Assembly: GCA_052035175.1 (NCBI GenBank)
Contig: JBPOHV010000001.1
Location: forward strand, 297,569-361,568
Direction: 5' to 3'
DNA: 64,000 nt
Source: a candidate division WWE3 bacterium
GTDB lineage: Bacteria; Patescibacteriota; WWE3; UBA101185; UBA10185
In this document: one piece after another, positions 40,181 to 49,620 of the stretch
Layout: every line of letters starts with the position of its first letter
How positions within the stretch are numbered: the first letter of the stretch is position 1
Translations under genes and position numbers: made by a program
The notes under the pieces: model-generated
Told to the model about the DNA's origin: nothing
The model's input: only the letters and a program-made list of their open reading frames with translations
Databases searched by the model: none

Positions 40181-40186
40181 AAATAT

Positions 40187-40453
40187 ATGGCAAAAGTAAT
40201 TAAAAATACAGAAAAAATAGAAGCAACGCAAGATCAAAAAAAAGCTTTGAAGACTAATAAAGCTAAAGAAGTTTTGTCAGATAAGTCTATGAGTGATCTA
40301 GTAAAGCTGCTTGACGAAAAAAGATTGGCTTTAGATAAGTTAGTTCTAAACGTTTTGCAAAAGAAAGAAAAAAATGTTAAAAAAGCAGGGTTTTTAAAAA
40401 AAGAAATAGCTAGATTATTGACTGAAGTTAATAAAAGAGGAGAAATGCAATGA
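40187..40453 (+). CDS. rpmC: 50S ribosomal protein L29 (with an N-terminal extension of about 28 aa)
   Basis: The L29 helical core (LVKLLDEKRLALDKL...EIARLLTEV) is preceded by a Lys-rich extension. Confidence 0.8.
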   Translation: MAKVIKNTEKIEATQDQKKALKTNKAKEVLSDKSMSDLVKLLDEKRLALDKLVLNVLQKKEKNVKKAGFLKKEIARLLTEVNKRGEMQ

Positions 40454-40680
40454 AAAGAGTATTAAAAGGCGTAGTAGTATCTTCAAAAATGAATAAAACC
40501 GTAGCAGTTGAGATTGATTTAACAAAAAGACATAAAGTCTATGGTAAGCTTCTCAAACGCTCTAGAAACCTTTTGGCTCATGACGAGGTAGGGGTAATAG
40601 AAGGAGATACAGTTTTAATCGAAGAATGCGTACCTTTTTCAAAAAGAGTATCGTGGATAGTAAAAGAGAGGGTTAAGTAA
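40450..40680 (+). CDS. rpsQ: 30S ribosomal protein S17
   Basis: VLKGVVVSSKMNKTVAVEI...KYHAHDE-like core. Confidence 0.92.
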   Translation: MKRVLKGVVVSSKMNKTVAVEIDLTKRHKVYGKLLKRSRNLLAHDEVGVIEGDTVLIEECVPFSKRVSWIVKERVK

Positions 40681-40684
40681 TTAT

Positions 40685-41053
40685 ATGGTTAAAGTAGGAA
40701 CAGTTTTAAAAGTAGCAGATAATTCTGGAGCAAAGACTTTGAAAATAATAGGTATTCCAGGACATTCTGGTAGAAAAACAGCATCTCTAGGAGATATTGT
40801 GACTGTTTCTGTCTACGGAACTTCATCAACAGGCTATGTTAAAGATCATACTGTTATGAAAGCTCTTATCGTTAGAACAAAAAAAGAAGTACGTCGTAAA
40901 GATGGTAGTTATATAAGATTTGACGATAATGCAGGCGTGGTTATGAACAAAGAAAATCAAATGGTGGGTACACGTGTATTCGGACCTGTAGCACGAGAAA
41001 TTAGAGATATGGGTCAGATGAAAATTGCATCACTAGCAAAAGAAGTTTGGTAA
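40685..41053 (+). CDS. rplN: 50S ribosomal protein L14
   Basis: MVKVGTVLKVADNSGAK. Confidence 0.95.
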   Translation: MVKVGTVLKVADNSGAKTLKIIGIPGHSGRKTASLGDIVTVSVYGTSSTGYVKDHTVMKALIVRTKKEVRRKDGSYIRFDDNAGVVMNKENQMVGTRVFGPVAREIRDMGQMKIASLAKEVW

Positions 41054-41098
41054 AGCATAAGAAAAGCGGAAGGTTTCTATGAAAACTGGAGAACTTAT

Positions 41099-41359
41099 AT
41101 GAAAATAAAAAAAGGCGATAAAGTAAAAATAATAGCAGGCAAAGATAAAGGTAAACTAGGTACAGTTCTCAAAGTACTAGTTGCAGAAGCAAAAGTGGTT
41201 GTTGAAGGTGTTGGTTTGGTCAAACGCCATATCAAACCAGGCGTTGTGTCTAAAGATGGTGGTATTATAAGCATCGAAAAGCCGATTGATGTTTCTAATG
41301 TTATGTACTTTGATGAAAAGTTAAACAGGCCAGTTAGAAATAGATCAAAGTCTGAATAG
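41099..41359 (+). CDS. rplX: 50S ribosomal protein L24
   Basis: MKIKKGDKVKIIAGKDKGK with a KOW motif. Confidence 0.93.
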   Translation: MKIKKGDKVKIIAGKDKGKLGTVLKVLVAEAKVVVEGVGLVKRHIKPGVVSKDGGIISIEKPIDVSNVMYFDEKLNRPVRNRSKSE

Positions 41360-41369
41360 GTTCAAATAT

Positions 41370-41924
41370 ATGGAAAGATTAAAAGAAAAGTATAAAAACG
41401 AAATAACAAAAAAACTACAAAAGGAATTTAATTTGACCAATCTTATTCAAGTTCCAAAAGTAGAGAAATTAAGCATAAATGTAGGTATTGGTAGTTTTAG
41501 AGATAATAAAACAGCTGTCGATGCATTTGAGCAAGAACTTACAGCTATTACAGGGCAAAAACCTTATACAAGGACTGCACGCAAATCTGAAGCAGGTTTT
41601 AAAATTAGACGTGGCGACGTAGTGGCCTATGCGGTAACGTTGCGGGGTGATAGAATGTGGGCGTTTCTGGATAAGCTGGTAAATGTAGCATTACCACGAG
41701 TAAGAGACTTTCAAGGGTTGAATCCTAACTCTTTTGATAAGAACGGTAATTACTCGATAGGTATCAAAGAACATGTTATATTTCCTGAAATCAATCCTAA
41801 TACTGTGTATGGTATTAGAAGTATGCAAGTAAACGTTGTTACCAACACAAAAAATGTTGATATGAACAGATACTTACTAAAAGAATTAGGGTTTCCGTTT
41901 AAAGGAATGATGCACAATGGCTAA
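41370..41924 (+). CDS. rplE: 50S ribosomal protein L5
   Basis: [12 protein letters not shown]...L5 core. Confidence 0.93.
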   Translation: MERLKEKYKNEITKKLQKEFNLTNLIQVPKVEKLSINVGIGSFRDNKTAVDAFEQELTAITGQKPYTRTARKSEAGFKIRRGDVVAYAVTLRGDRMWAFLDKLVNVALPRVRDFQGLNPNSFDKNGNYSIGIKEHVIFPEINPNTVYGIRSMQVNVVTNTKNVDMNRYLLKELGFPFKGMMHNG

Positions 41925-42102
41925 AGTAGCACTTATATTAAAACAAAAGAAAGACAATAAATTTAAGGTTAGAAATTACAACCGATGTCATGTATGTGGC
42001 AGTCCCCGTGGGTTTTTTCGCAGATTTAAAATATGTAGAAAATGTTTTAGAGAAATGGCGCATCTAGGCAAATTACCTGGTGTTATGAAAGCGAGTTGGT
42101 AG
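41917..42102 (+). CDS. rpsN: 30S ribosomal protein S14 type Z (zinc-binding)
   Basis: 61 aa with C-x2-C...C-x2-C ([20 protein letters not shown]). Confidence 0.92.
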   Translation: MAKVALILKQKKDNKFKVRNYNRCHVCGSPRGFFRRFKICRKCFREMAHLGKLPGVMKASW

Positions 42103-42106
42103 AGAT

Positions 42107-42502
42107 ATGAGTATAGATTTATTATCAAACATGTTAAGTTCGTTGAAAAATGCTGCTATGGCGGGTCGACCAAATATTGAGACACCTTATTCATCGGTGT
42201 GTGAAGCAGTAGCAAAAGTACTCGCTCAAAAAGGATTTTTAACAGAAGTAAAAATCTTTAAGCCTGAGGGAAAACCTTATAAAATGTTAAATTTGGTATT
42301 GGCAAAAGAAGGCAACAAAGCACTAATAACAGATGTTAAGCGTGTTTCCAAACCTGGTAGTAGAGTTTATTCTTCTAGTTACAAGATAAAGACTTTACGT
42401 GGCTACGGTGTTTCCGTGGTTTCTACGTCTAGAGGTATTATCGACGGTTTAGAAGCCAAAAAGAAAAAACTTGGTGGCGAAATTTTATGCGAGGTATTTT
42501 AA
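42107..42502 (+). CDS. rpsH: 30S ribosomal protein S8
   Basis: S8 signature and position in the operon. Confidence 0.93.
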   Translation: MSIDLLSNMLSSLKNAAMAGRPNIETPYSSVCEAVAKVLAQKGFLTEVKIFKPEGKPYKMLNLVLAKEGNKALITDVKRVSKPGSRVYSSSYKIKTLRGYGVSVVSTSRGIIDGLEAKKKKLGGEILCEVF

Positions 42503-42503
42503 T

Positions 42504-43043
42504 ATGTCACGTATAGGTAAAAACCCAGTAGAAATTCCAACCGGTGTTACAGTTACTATTGATAAAGACCTTATTGTAGTCAAAGGACCAAAAGGTGAAT
42601 TATCTTTATCCAAGATGCCTGTTATTGAAGCTAAAATAGAAGAGAATCGCATAATTTTTAGTACAGAGCCCAAGACCAAACAAATAAATGCCGCTTGGGG
42701 TCTTATGCGAGCTTTAGTTTCTAATATGATCAAAGGTGTCACCGTAGGTTTTGAAAAGAAATTGGAATTAGTTGGTGTCGGTTATCGCGCTGCTCAAAAT
42801 GGCAATGGGTTGACTATGAATATTGGTTATTCTCACCCAGTCAATATTGCCGCTCCAGCTGGAATACAGATTACTGTAGTTGACAATCAAAATATAACTA
42901 TTTCAGGAGCAGATAAGCAACTTGTAGGGCAAGTAGCTGCAGAAATACGCAAAGTTCGTCAACCAGAGCCTTATAAAGGTAAAGGTATCAAGTATTCTAC
43001 TGAAGTAGTACGTAGAAAAGCTGGTAAGTCAGGAAAGGCCTAA
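42504..43043 (+). CDS. rplF: 50S ribosomal protein L6 (start at MSRIGKNPV; track start 42471)
   Basis: MSRIGKNPVEIPTGV is a canonical L6 N-terminus. Confidence 0.93.
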   Translation: MSRIGKNPVEIPTGVTVTIDKDLIVVKGPKGELSLSKMPVIEAKIEENRIIFSTEPKTKQINAAWGLMRALVSNMIKGVTVGFEKKLELVGVGYRAAQNGNGLTMNIGYSHPVNIAAPAGIQITVVDNQNITISGADKQLVGQVAAEIRKVRQPEPYKGKGIKYSTEVVRRKAGKSGKA

Positions 43044-43048
43044 TAATT

Positions 43049-43408
43049 ATGTATCATGTAAAAATGCGCAAAGATGCGAGAGAAAAAATAAAATTGAGAA
43101 TAAGACAAAAGATAAGCGGTACTGCAGAAAAGCCTCGTTTATCAGTCTTTAGATCAAACAAATATATATATGCACAACTCATTGACGATGAAGCTATGGT
43201 TACTTTGGTAGATGTTATGAAAGAAGCTTTGTCTATGGATAAGTCACAACCCAAGATGAAACAAGCGTATGAACTTGGTAAGTTATTGGCGCAAAAAGCT
43301 TCTAAGAAAAAACTAACACAAGCGATTTTTGATAGAAATGGTTATAAATATCACGGAAGAGTAAAAATGCTTTGCGAAGGAGCACGTGAGGGAGGATTAA
43401 CACTATGA
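43049..43408 (+). CDS. rplR: 50S ribosomal protein L18
   Basis: PRLSVFRSNKYIYAQLIDD. Confidence 0.93.
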   Translation: MYHVKMRKDAREKIKLRIRQKISGTAEKPRLSVFRSNKYIYAQLIDDEAMVTLVDVMKEALSMDKSQPKMKQAYELGKLLAQKASKKKLTQAIFDRNGYKYHGRVKMLCEGAREGGLTL

Positions 43409-43854
43409 TGAAAGTACAAAGAGAAGGAGAATTTTTTGAAAAAGTTATCGAAATGTCTCGTGTTTCGAAAAAAACAAGCGGTGGTAATACTTTGAGCTTT
43501 ACTGCATTGATGGTAATTGGAAATAAGAATGGTAAAGTTGGAGTAGGTTATGGTAAAGCTAGAAGTACTGGTAACGCTGTTGCAAAAGCTCGAAGTAATG
43601 CTTATAAAAATATGGTAGACGTTCAACTGAATCAAACAACAATAAAACATGAAGTAGCAGCAAAATACAGAGCTTCAAAAGTATTATTAAAGCCAGCTCC
43701 AGAAGGTTCTGGTGTTATTGCTGGTGGAGCTGTTAGATCTGTAGCTGAAATGGCAGGTATAAGAAATCTATCTGCAAAAATGTTGGGTTCAAGCAATAAA
43801 ATAACTTCATGCAGATGCGTTTTACTTGCTTTAAAGAAATTGAAAGTAAACTAA
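43405..43854 (+). CDS. rpsE: 30S ribosomal protein S5
   Basis: S5 dsRBD plus C-terminal domain. Confidence 0.93.
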   Translation: MMKVQREGEFFEKVIEMSRVSKKTSGGNTLSFTALMVIGNKNGKVGVGYGKARSTGNAVAKARSNAYKNMVDVQLNQTTIKHEVAAKYRASKVLLKPAPEGSGVIAGGAVRSVAEMAGIRNLSAKMLGSSNKITSCRCVLLALKKLKVN

Positions 43855-43856
43855 TT

Positions 43857-44309
43857 ATGAACTTACACGAATTACCAAAAATAAAAGGAAACAAGAAGAA
43901 ATCCAAAATAATTGGGCGCGGCCGAGGCAGTGGCGTTGGTGCTCATACAGTTGGAAAAGGCCAAAAAGGCCAAAAGTCACGTGCCAGTAGAGGTGCCCCT
44001 TTTGGCTTTGAGGGAGGTCAAGTTCCTTTGTTTAGAAGATTACCTCAAATTGGTGGTTTTAGAAATCCTAGACCTTTGCGAATAACCAGCGTTAGTTTAG
44101 GGTTTTTCTCAACTTTCGATGAAGGTTTAACAGTTACACCACAATCACTAGTAGATGCAGGTTTTATTGATCGTATACCTTTGCATGGTGTAAAAGTTTT
44201 GGGTACAGGAAAGCTTACAAAGAAATTATCTTTTGAAGGTTTTCTATTTTCTGAAGGTGCAAAAAAGAAAATAATAGCATCCGGTTCCAAAATAGTTGAA
44301 AATCTCTGA
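43857..44309 (+). CDS. rplO: 50S ribosomal protein L15 (start at MNLHELPK)
   Basis: RGRGSGVGAHTVGKGQKGQKSR glycine-rich L15 N-terminus. It follows rpsE directly, with no L30 gene between them. Confidence 0.92.
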   Translation: MNLHELPKIKGNKKKSKIIGRGRGSGVGAHTVGKGQKGQKSRASRGAPFGFEGGQVPLFRRLPQIGGFRNPRPLRITSVSLGFFSTFDEGLTVTPQSLVDAGFIDRIPLHGVKVLGTGKLTKKLSFEGFLFSEGAKKKIIASGSKIVENL

Positions 44310-44330
44310 TAAGATAGTTAGTACAATACT

Positions 44331-45587
44331 ATGAAGAGTCTTTTGAAATTTCCTGAACTTAGGAAAAAATTTTTAATTACACTATTATTTATAGTTTTAT
44401 TTCGCGCATTATCGCACGTTCCTATTCCTAGTATTAACACCGAAGCTGTTAAGCAGTTTTTAGGTGAAAATGTATTTTTTGGGTTATTAAACTTATTTAG
44501 TGGTGGCGGCTTTAAAAACTTTTCAATTGTTACTTTGGGTTTGATTCCTTACATTAATGTTTCAATATTCATTCAATTGTTAGTGACATTTATCCCTAGC
44601 TTAGAAGAGTTACAAAAAGAAGGAGAGCAAGGTCGTGAAAAAATTAATATGTACACTAAATTAATAACAGTTCCTGTTGCGTTGTTGCAATCTTATGGGC
44701 TTTATTTTTCATTGAGTAGGATGGGCATTATACAGTCATTGGGAACTTTGGATTTAGTAATATTTTTGCTGACATTGACGGCAGGTTCGATGTCGGTTAT
44801 TTGGTTTGCCGATTTACTGACAGAATATGGCATTGGTAATGGGACATCTGTTATTGTTTTTATAGGTATTGTTGGTAGCATACCAAGCTTTTTATTTAGC
44901 CTGTTTGTAAACTTTAATACATTAAATCTTTTCTTATTCGCCGCTTATATGTTATTTGCACTTTTGGTTGTTTTGGCAGTAGTTTATGTAAATGAAGGTA
45001 CGCGTAATCTAGAAATTGAGTATGGCCGTAGGTCTCAACGATCTACAAAAGTTGCAAACTTTTTACCAATAAAAATTAATCAAACAGGCGTAGTGCCTAT
45101 AATATTTGCTGTATCCATGGTATCTCTGCCTGCGCTTATAGCAGCTCCATTATCTGCATCAGCAAATCCAACGTTGCAGGGTATAGGCTTATTTTTATCA
45201 ACACACTTTAATTTGAATAGCGCTGTTTATAATATCTTATATTTTGCCTTAGTATTCGGATTTACTTTTTTGTATACATTTATTCAATTTAGTCCAAATA
45301 AAATAGCAGAAGATATAAAAAAGAGCGGTGGTTTTATTCCGGGTATACGTCCTGGTATGGCTACTGAAAAATATCTTAAAGGTATAATTTCACGACTCAC
45401 TTTTTATGGAGCATTTTTCTTGGCTTTTGTCGCAATAATGCCATATTTGATTCAAGTAGTTTTTGGATTTGAATCATTTGCTGTTGGTGGTACAAGCCTT
45501 TTGATAGTTGTTTCTGTTATACTTGAAATTGTTAGACAAGTACATTCATTGATTAGAAGTACGAGTTACGATAGATTTATTTCTTAG
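44331..45587 (+). CDS. secY: preprotein translocase subunit SecY
   Basis: 10-TM topology with GIGNGTS and plug regions. Confidence 0.93.
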   Translation: MKSLLKFPELRKKFLITLLFIVLFRALSHVPIPSINTEAVKQFLGENVFFGLLNLFSGGGFKNFSIVTLGLIPYINVSIFIQLLVTFIPSLEELQKEGEQGREKINMYTKLITVPVALLQSYGLYFSLSRMGIIQSLGTLDLVIFLLTLTAGSMSVIWFADLLTEYGIGNGTSVIVFIGIVGSIPSFLFSLFVNFNTLNLFLFAAYMLFALLVVLAVVYVNEGTRNLEIEYGRRSQRSTKVANFLPIKINQTGVVPIIFAVSMVSLPALIAAPLSASANPTLQGIGLFLSTHFNLNSAVYNILYFALVFGFTFLYTFIQFSPNKIAEDIKKSGGFIPGIRPGMATEKYLKGIISRLTFYGAFFLAFVAIMPYLIQVVFGFESFAVGGTSLLIVVSVILEIVRQVHSLIRSTSYDRFIS

Positions 45588-45604
45588 AAGAAAATACAAA
45601 AATA

Positions 45605-45871
45605 ATGTTTGATAAGCTTAAAGATTTAAATAAATTAAGAAAAGCTCAAGCAGAGGTAAAAAAACAGCTTGAAAGTATCTTTACAAACTATGACGATGGT
45701 GAATTCAAGATTGTAATTCGCGGCGATAAGAAAATTGAGCGCATTACTATAGATGGAGATGAATCATCAAAATTGAAAGAAGCTTTGAATAAAGCTTTCA
45801 AAGAACTAGATAAAAAAGTAGAGAAAGCAATGAAGGGTAAATTGGGCGATTTCGGATTTCCTGAATTATGA
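45605..45871 (+). CDS. ybaB: YbaB/EbfC-family nucleoid-associated protein
   Basis: 88 aa with C-terminal GKLGDFGFPEL (compare GG..LPG.F of YbaB) and a coiled-coil N-terminus. Confidence 0.6.
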   Translation: MFDKLKDLNKLRKAQAEVKKQLESIFTNYDDGEFKIVIRGDKKIERITIDGDESSKLKEALNKAFKELDKKVEKAMKGKLGDFGFPEL

Positions 45872-46488
45872 AAATATTATTAATGGGGCCTCCAGCATGC
45901 GGCAAAGGTACTCAAGGCGATTTATTGAGCGTTTTCCTAAAATTGCCATTAATTAAAGTAGGCAATATTTTGCGTAGTATAACTCCTGATGATCCTAGAT
46001 ATATTGTTGTAAATGAAGCCATGGATAAAGGCGATTTGGTGCCTTTAGAAATTGTTGCGGCTATTTTAAAAGAAAGAGTTTTACAACCTGATTGCGATAA
46101 TGGTTATATTATTGATGGCTGGGATCGTCAAATGGGTGATTTACGTGCATTTGATCCACCATTTGATAAAGTTTTATTTTTTAATATTTCTACTGATACC
46201 TCTATCAAGAGGATAACTGCTAGAAGAGTATGTGAAAAAGAGGGTCATAATTATAATCTTGTTTCTATGTTGCCAAAGAAGCCAGGGGTTTGTGATATAG
46301 ATGGTAGTAACTTGATAATTCGTGATGACGATAAAGAAGATGTAGTCATAGAAAGATTGCGTATTTATAAGCAACAAACATTACCAGTAGTTGATTATTT
46401 TAGATCTGCAGGCCTTTTAATAGAAATAGATGCAGAGCCTCTGCCACAAGAAATCTTTGAAGCTACAAAAAAATTGCTAGGTTACTAA
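45868..46488 (+). CDS. adk: adenylate kinase
   Basis: GPPACGKGTQ P-loop and LID region. Confidence 0.93.
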   Translation: MKILLMGPPACGKGTQGDLLSVFLKLPLIKVGNILRSITPDDPRYIVVNEAMDKGDLVPLEIVAAILKERVLQPDCDNGYIIDGWDRQMGDLRAFDPPFDKVLFFNISTDTSIKRITARRVCEKEGHNYNLVSMLPKKPGVCDIDGSNLIIRDDDKEDVVIERLRIYKQQTLPVVDYFRSAGLLIEIDAEPLPQEIFEATKKLLGY

Positions 46489-46510
46489 CGCCGCCGTATA
46501 ATCTAAGTTA

Positions 46511-47437
46511 ATGCCGGTTTCAAAGACAAGATCTCATCATACAAAAAAAAGATTGATTCATCATTTTTTACCTCACCCAGAGCTTAAAGTGCGAGCTACA
46601 TTACTCAGTCATTTATTTTTGTTCATTTATGTAAGTATAGTCGCATCAAGTTTTTTGTTTTTTAAATATGTTCCCAGAGTAGCTCCTGGTGTTTTGGGTT
46701 ACGCTTCAAAAATTGATATAGACACTTTATTAAAAGATACAAACATCAAACGCTCTGAGGCTGGTTTACAACCATTAACACTAGATCAAAAACTTTCAGA
46801 AGCCGCGAAAAAAAAGGCTTCGCATATGTTTAAAGAAGATTATTGGGCTCATGTTTCGCCTGCCGGGGTAGAACCCTGGGTTTTTATTTTAGGCGAAGAT
46901 TACGATTATATGTATGCTGGTGAAAATCTGGCCAAGAATTTTAATACGTCTGATGAAGTCGTAGATGCATGGTATAACTCGCCGAGTCATAGAGAGAATC
47001 TGCTCAATGCCAAATATTTGGATGTGGGTTTTGCAGTTGTTAATGGGAATTTACAAGGTTATGAGACTACGCTGGTTGTTCAAATGTTTGGAAAATTACG
47101 TGGTACTTCACAAACTGCTGCTGTACCAAATACGCCTGAAGTAGCGGCGGACACATCTGTTTTTGAAGATCAAGCTCCTGTTGAGACTTCTGCTATCACC
47201 GAGTCGGCTGTTGTAGCAGAGCCGGAAATAGCTCCAATAATTGATATAAGCAGGTTTACGACTTATTTAGCATATTCTATGACAGTCTTTATGTTGATCT
47301 TGTTATTACTTGATATTTGGTATTCAAGCAAGAAAGGTATACAAAAATTTACTGGTCATACATTAGCTCATATCTTGTTTTTGACTGTTATTATGGCTAG
47401 TATTTGGTTTTCACTGCTGCCGGGGCATGTTTTATGA
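46511..47437 (+). CDS. CAP-domain (SCP/PR1, YkwD-like) protein with N- and C-terminal TM segments
   Basis: WYNSPSHRENLLNAKYLDVGFAV is the CAP signature. Confidence 0.7.
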   Translation: MPVSKTRSHHTKKRLIHHFLPHPELKVRATLLSHLFLFIYVSIVASSFLFFKYVPRVAPGVLGYASKIDIDTLLKDTNIKRSEAGLQPLTLDQKLSEAAKKKASHMFKEDYWAHVSPAGVEPWVFILGEDYDYMYAGENLAKNFNTSDEVVDAWYNSPSHRENLLNAKYLDVGFAVVNGNLQGYETTLVVQMFGKLRGTSQTAAVPNTPEVAADTSVFEDQAPVETSAITESAVVAEPEIAPIIDISRFTTYLAYSMTVFMLILLLLDIWYSSKKGIQKFTGHTLAHILFLTVIMASIWFSLLPGHVL

Positions 47438-47682
47438 GAAATCACATTTTGCATTATATGTTCTTAATAATAGCGCTAATACTTACTTTTGGACTAATGT
47501 CTTTATATAAAGGCCAGACTGTTAATCAGCTCTATATAGGAGGTTTCGGTTGTACTTTTTATGCTCTATGGGGTATTCTACACCATAGAATTGAAGGTAG
47601 ACTAAATACTTTAATTGCCCTTGAGTATATATTGATTTCAGTTATTGCATTTGTCCTGCTTTTGCTGGTTTTATCTTATTAA
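47434..47682 (+). CDS. small hypothetical membrane protein
   Basis: Two hydrophobic helices; start overlaps the upstream stop. Confidence 0.4.
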   Translation: MRNHILHYMFLIIALILTFGLMSLYKGQTVNQLYIGGFGCTFYALWGILHHRIEGRLNTLIALEYILISVIAFVLLLLVLSY

Positions 47683-47684
47683 AT

Positions 47685-48812
47685 ATGAATATAACTATAG
47701 TAATGCCTACATACAATGAGGCATCAAATATTGCGAAAATGATTGAAGCTATAAGTAAAATAGCCAAAGCTTCACCAGCGCACGCTTATAGCCTTTTGGT
47801 GGTAGATGACACTTCGCCAGATGGCACGGCAGAGATTGTATCCAAAAGTCAGCAAACATACCCATTTGTTCATTTATTATTACGCAAAGAAAAAACAGGG
47901 CTCGGTGCAGCATATCTAGAAGGGTTTAGATACGCAATGTCTCATTTGAGTCCTGACGTATTAATTGAAATGGATGCTGATTTCCAGCATGATCCAGCAG
48001 ATTTACCTAGATTTGTCGAAGCTATTAACTCTGGAGCAGATTTGGTTCTTGGTTCTCGATATATTGGCGGTGGTGCTATTCCAGAAGAGTGGGAGCTTTA
48101 TAGAAAACTTTTGAGTGTGTGGGGGAATAGATTTACAAAAGTAGTTTTGGGATTGTACGGTATTACAGATTTTACAACTGGTTTTCGTGCTTGGCGTGTT
48201 TCGGGCTTTATGAACGCTATTGACTTGTCGACGATATTATCAAAAGGTTTTGCTTATAAAATAGATCTCTTATACCAAATGCATAAACGTGGCGCCAAGG
48301 TAAAAGAAATACCGATAGTGTTTGGTTTGCGCAGCGATGGTGAATCGAAGATGCAAAGAAACAATCCGATGGAAACCTTGAGAGTAATATTCACTATTAA
48401 ATTTCATGAACGTGAAAGTTTTTTCAAATTTTTATTAGTAGGTACTGCAGGCTTTGCAACAGACTTTTTATTGTTTAATATATTTTCAACAATAGATGCG
48501 CTTTATGCCACCTCAGCGTTGTTGTCTGGTTTTTTTGCAATGTTGACTACATTGCTTTTAAACAACCTTTGGTCTTTTAGCGCAAGTAGTATGGGTAAAA
48601 GGTTGGATGCCGTATGGAAAACTGCATTTTACTTTATCTCATCGGCAATGCCAATTTTCTTTCGTAATTGGTTTGTCAATTATAGTGCTGAATTTTTGGG
48701 ACATAACTTCTTTGTCAGAAATGGTACTTTTTTGATAGGTGTTGCTTTGGGTCTTGTTTGGAATTATTTAGTTTATAGCAAAATTATTTGGAATCGCAGT
48801 AAAAGCGTATAA
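47685..48812 (+). CDS. GT2 polyprenyl-phosphate sugar synthase (Dpm1-like) fused to a C-terminal GtrA-like 4-TM domain
   Basis: N-terminal VMPTYNE...DAD GT-A motifs. C-terminal FLLVGTAGFATDFLLFNIF is the GtrA signature. Confidence 0.75.
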   Translation: MNITIVMPTYNEASNIAKMIEAISKIAKASPAHAYSLLVVDDTSPDGTAEIVSKSQQTYPFVHLLLRKEKTGLGAAYLEGFRYAMSHLSPDVLIEMDADFQHDPADLPRFVEAINSGADLVLGSRYIGGGAIPEEWELYRKLLSVWGNRFTKVVLGLYGITDFTTGFRAWRVSGFMNAIDLSTILSKGFAYKIDLLYQMHKRGAKVKEIPIVFGLRSDGESKMQRNNPMETLRVIFTIKFHERESFFKFLLVGTAGFATDFLLFNIFSTIDALYATSALLSGFFAMLTTLLLNNLWSFSASSMGKRLDAVWKTAFYFISSAMPIFFRNWFVNYSAEFLGHNFFVRNGTFLIGVALGLVWNYLVYSKIIWNRSKSV

Positions 48813-48823
48813 TTTAATTACAT

Positions 48824-49606
48824 ATGCTCAAGTACTCTGTAATCATACCTACATACAACGAAGAAGCTAGAATAGGTCCAACAGTTAGCAAGGTCGTTGC
48901 CTTTCTAGATGCATTGGGAAAGCCTTATGAAGTTTTGGTAGTCGACGATGGAAGTAAAGACGGTACCGTTAAAATAGTCGAAGATTATATCGAGCAAAAT
49001 AAAGAGCATTTATCAAATATTCTAAAAGTTATAAAAAATCCACATAAGGGTAAAGGGTGTACTGTTCGTACGGGTATGTTACTGGGTGAGGGCGAGTTAC
49101 TTTTGATGACAGATGCAGACAGTGCTACTCCTATAGACGAATTGAGACGTCTAGAGCTTTGGATAGAAGATCATGGCTATGATGTGGCAATTGGGTCTCG
49201 TGAGGGTATTGGTTCGGCACGCAAAGGTGAGCCGTTATATCGACATATTATGGGTAGGATTTTTAATCTGATTATAAGAGTTTTAACTTTGCCAGGTATC
49301 AAAGATACACAATGTGGTTTTAAGATGTTTAAGCACGACGTAGCAAAAGATGTATTTTCAAGTTCTATTTTATTTGGAGACGATGCTCCAACAATCAAAA
49401 TACCGCGTGTTAGTGCATTTGATGTAGAAATCTTGTTAATTGCACAAAGGCATGGTTATAAAACAAAAGAAGTGCCAGTTATGTGGAATTTTGGTACAAA
49501 GTCGACAGTTTCTCCTGTGCGAGACTCAATAAATAACTTGCTAGATGTCTTGAAGGTAAAATCTAATGATATAAAAGGATTATACAAGCCACGTAACATA
49601 GCCTAA
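48824..49606 (+). CDS. GT2 glycosyltransferase (Dpm1/dolichyl-phosphate glucosyltransferase-like)
   Basis: IIPTYNEE...VDDGSKDGT...DAD motifs. Confidence 0.75.
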   Translation: MLKYSVIIPTYNEEARIGPTVSKVVAFLDALGKPYEVLVVDDGSKDGTVKIVEDYIEQNKEHLSNILKVIKNPHKGKGCTVRTGMLLGEGELLLMTDADSATPIDELRRLELWIEDHGYDVAIGSREGIGSARKGEPLYRHIMGRIFNLIIRVLTLPGIKDTQCGFKMFKHDVAKDVFSSSILFGDDAPTIKIPRVSAFDVEILLIAQRHGYKTKEVPVMWNFGTKSTVSPVRDSINNLLDVLKVKSNDIKGLYKPRNIA

Positions 49607-49620
49607 TAAAAACAGTTTTT

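Noticed and set aside
39779-40237. 152-aa minus-strand ORF covering rplP
   Set aside because: Antisense to L16; low-complexity Cys/Phe-rich translation; spurious.
45860-45875. Possibility of TGA recoding (genetic code 25, as in some CPR lineages)
   Set aside because: TGA clearly terminates ybaB (the ...FPEL-TGA overlap with the adk ATG) and other genes end at TAA, TAG or TGA at the expected lengths. Standard code 11 applies.
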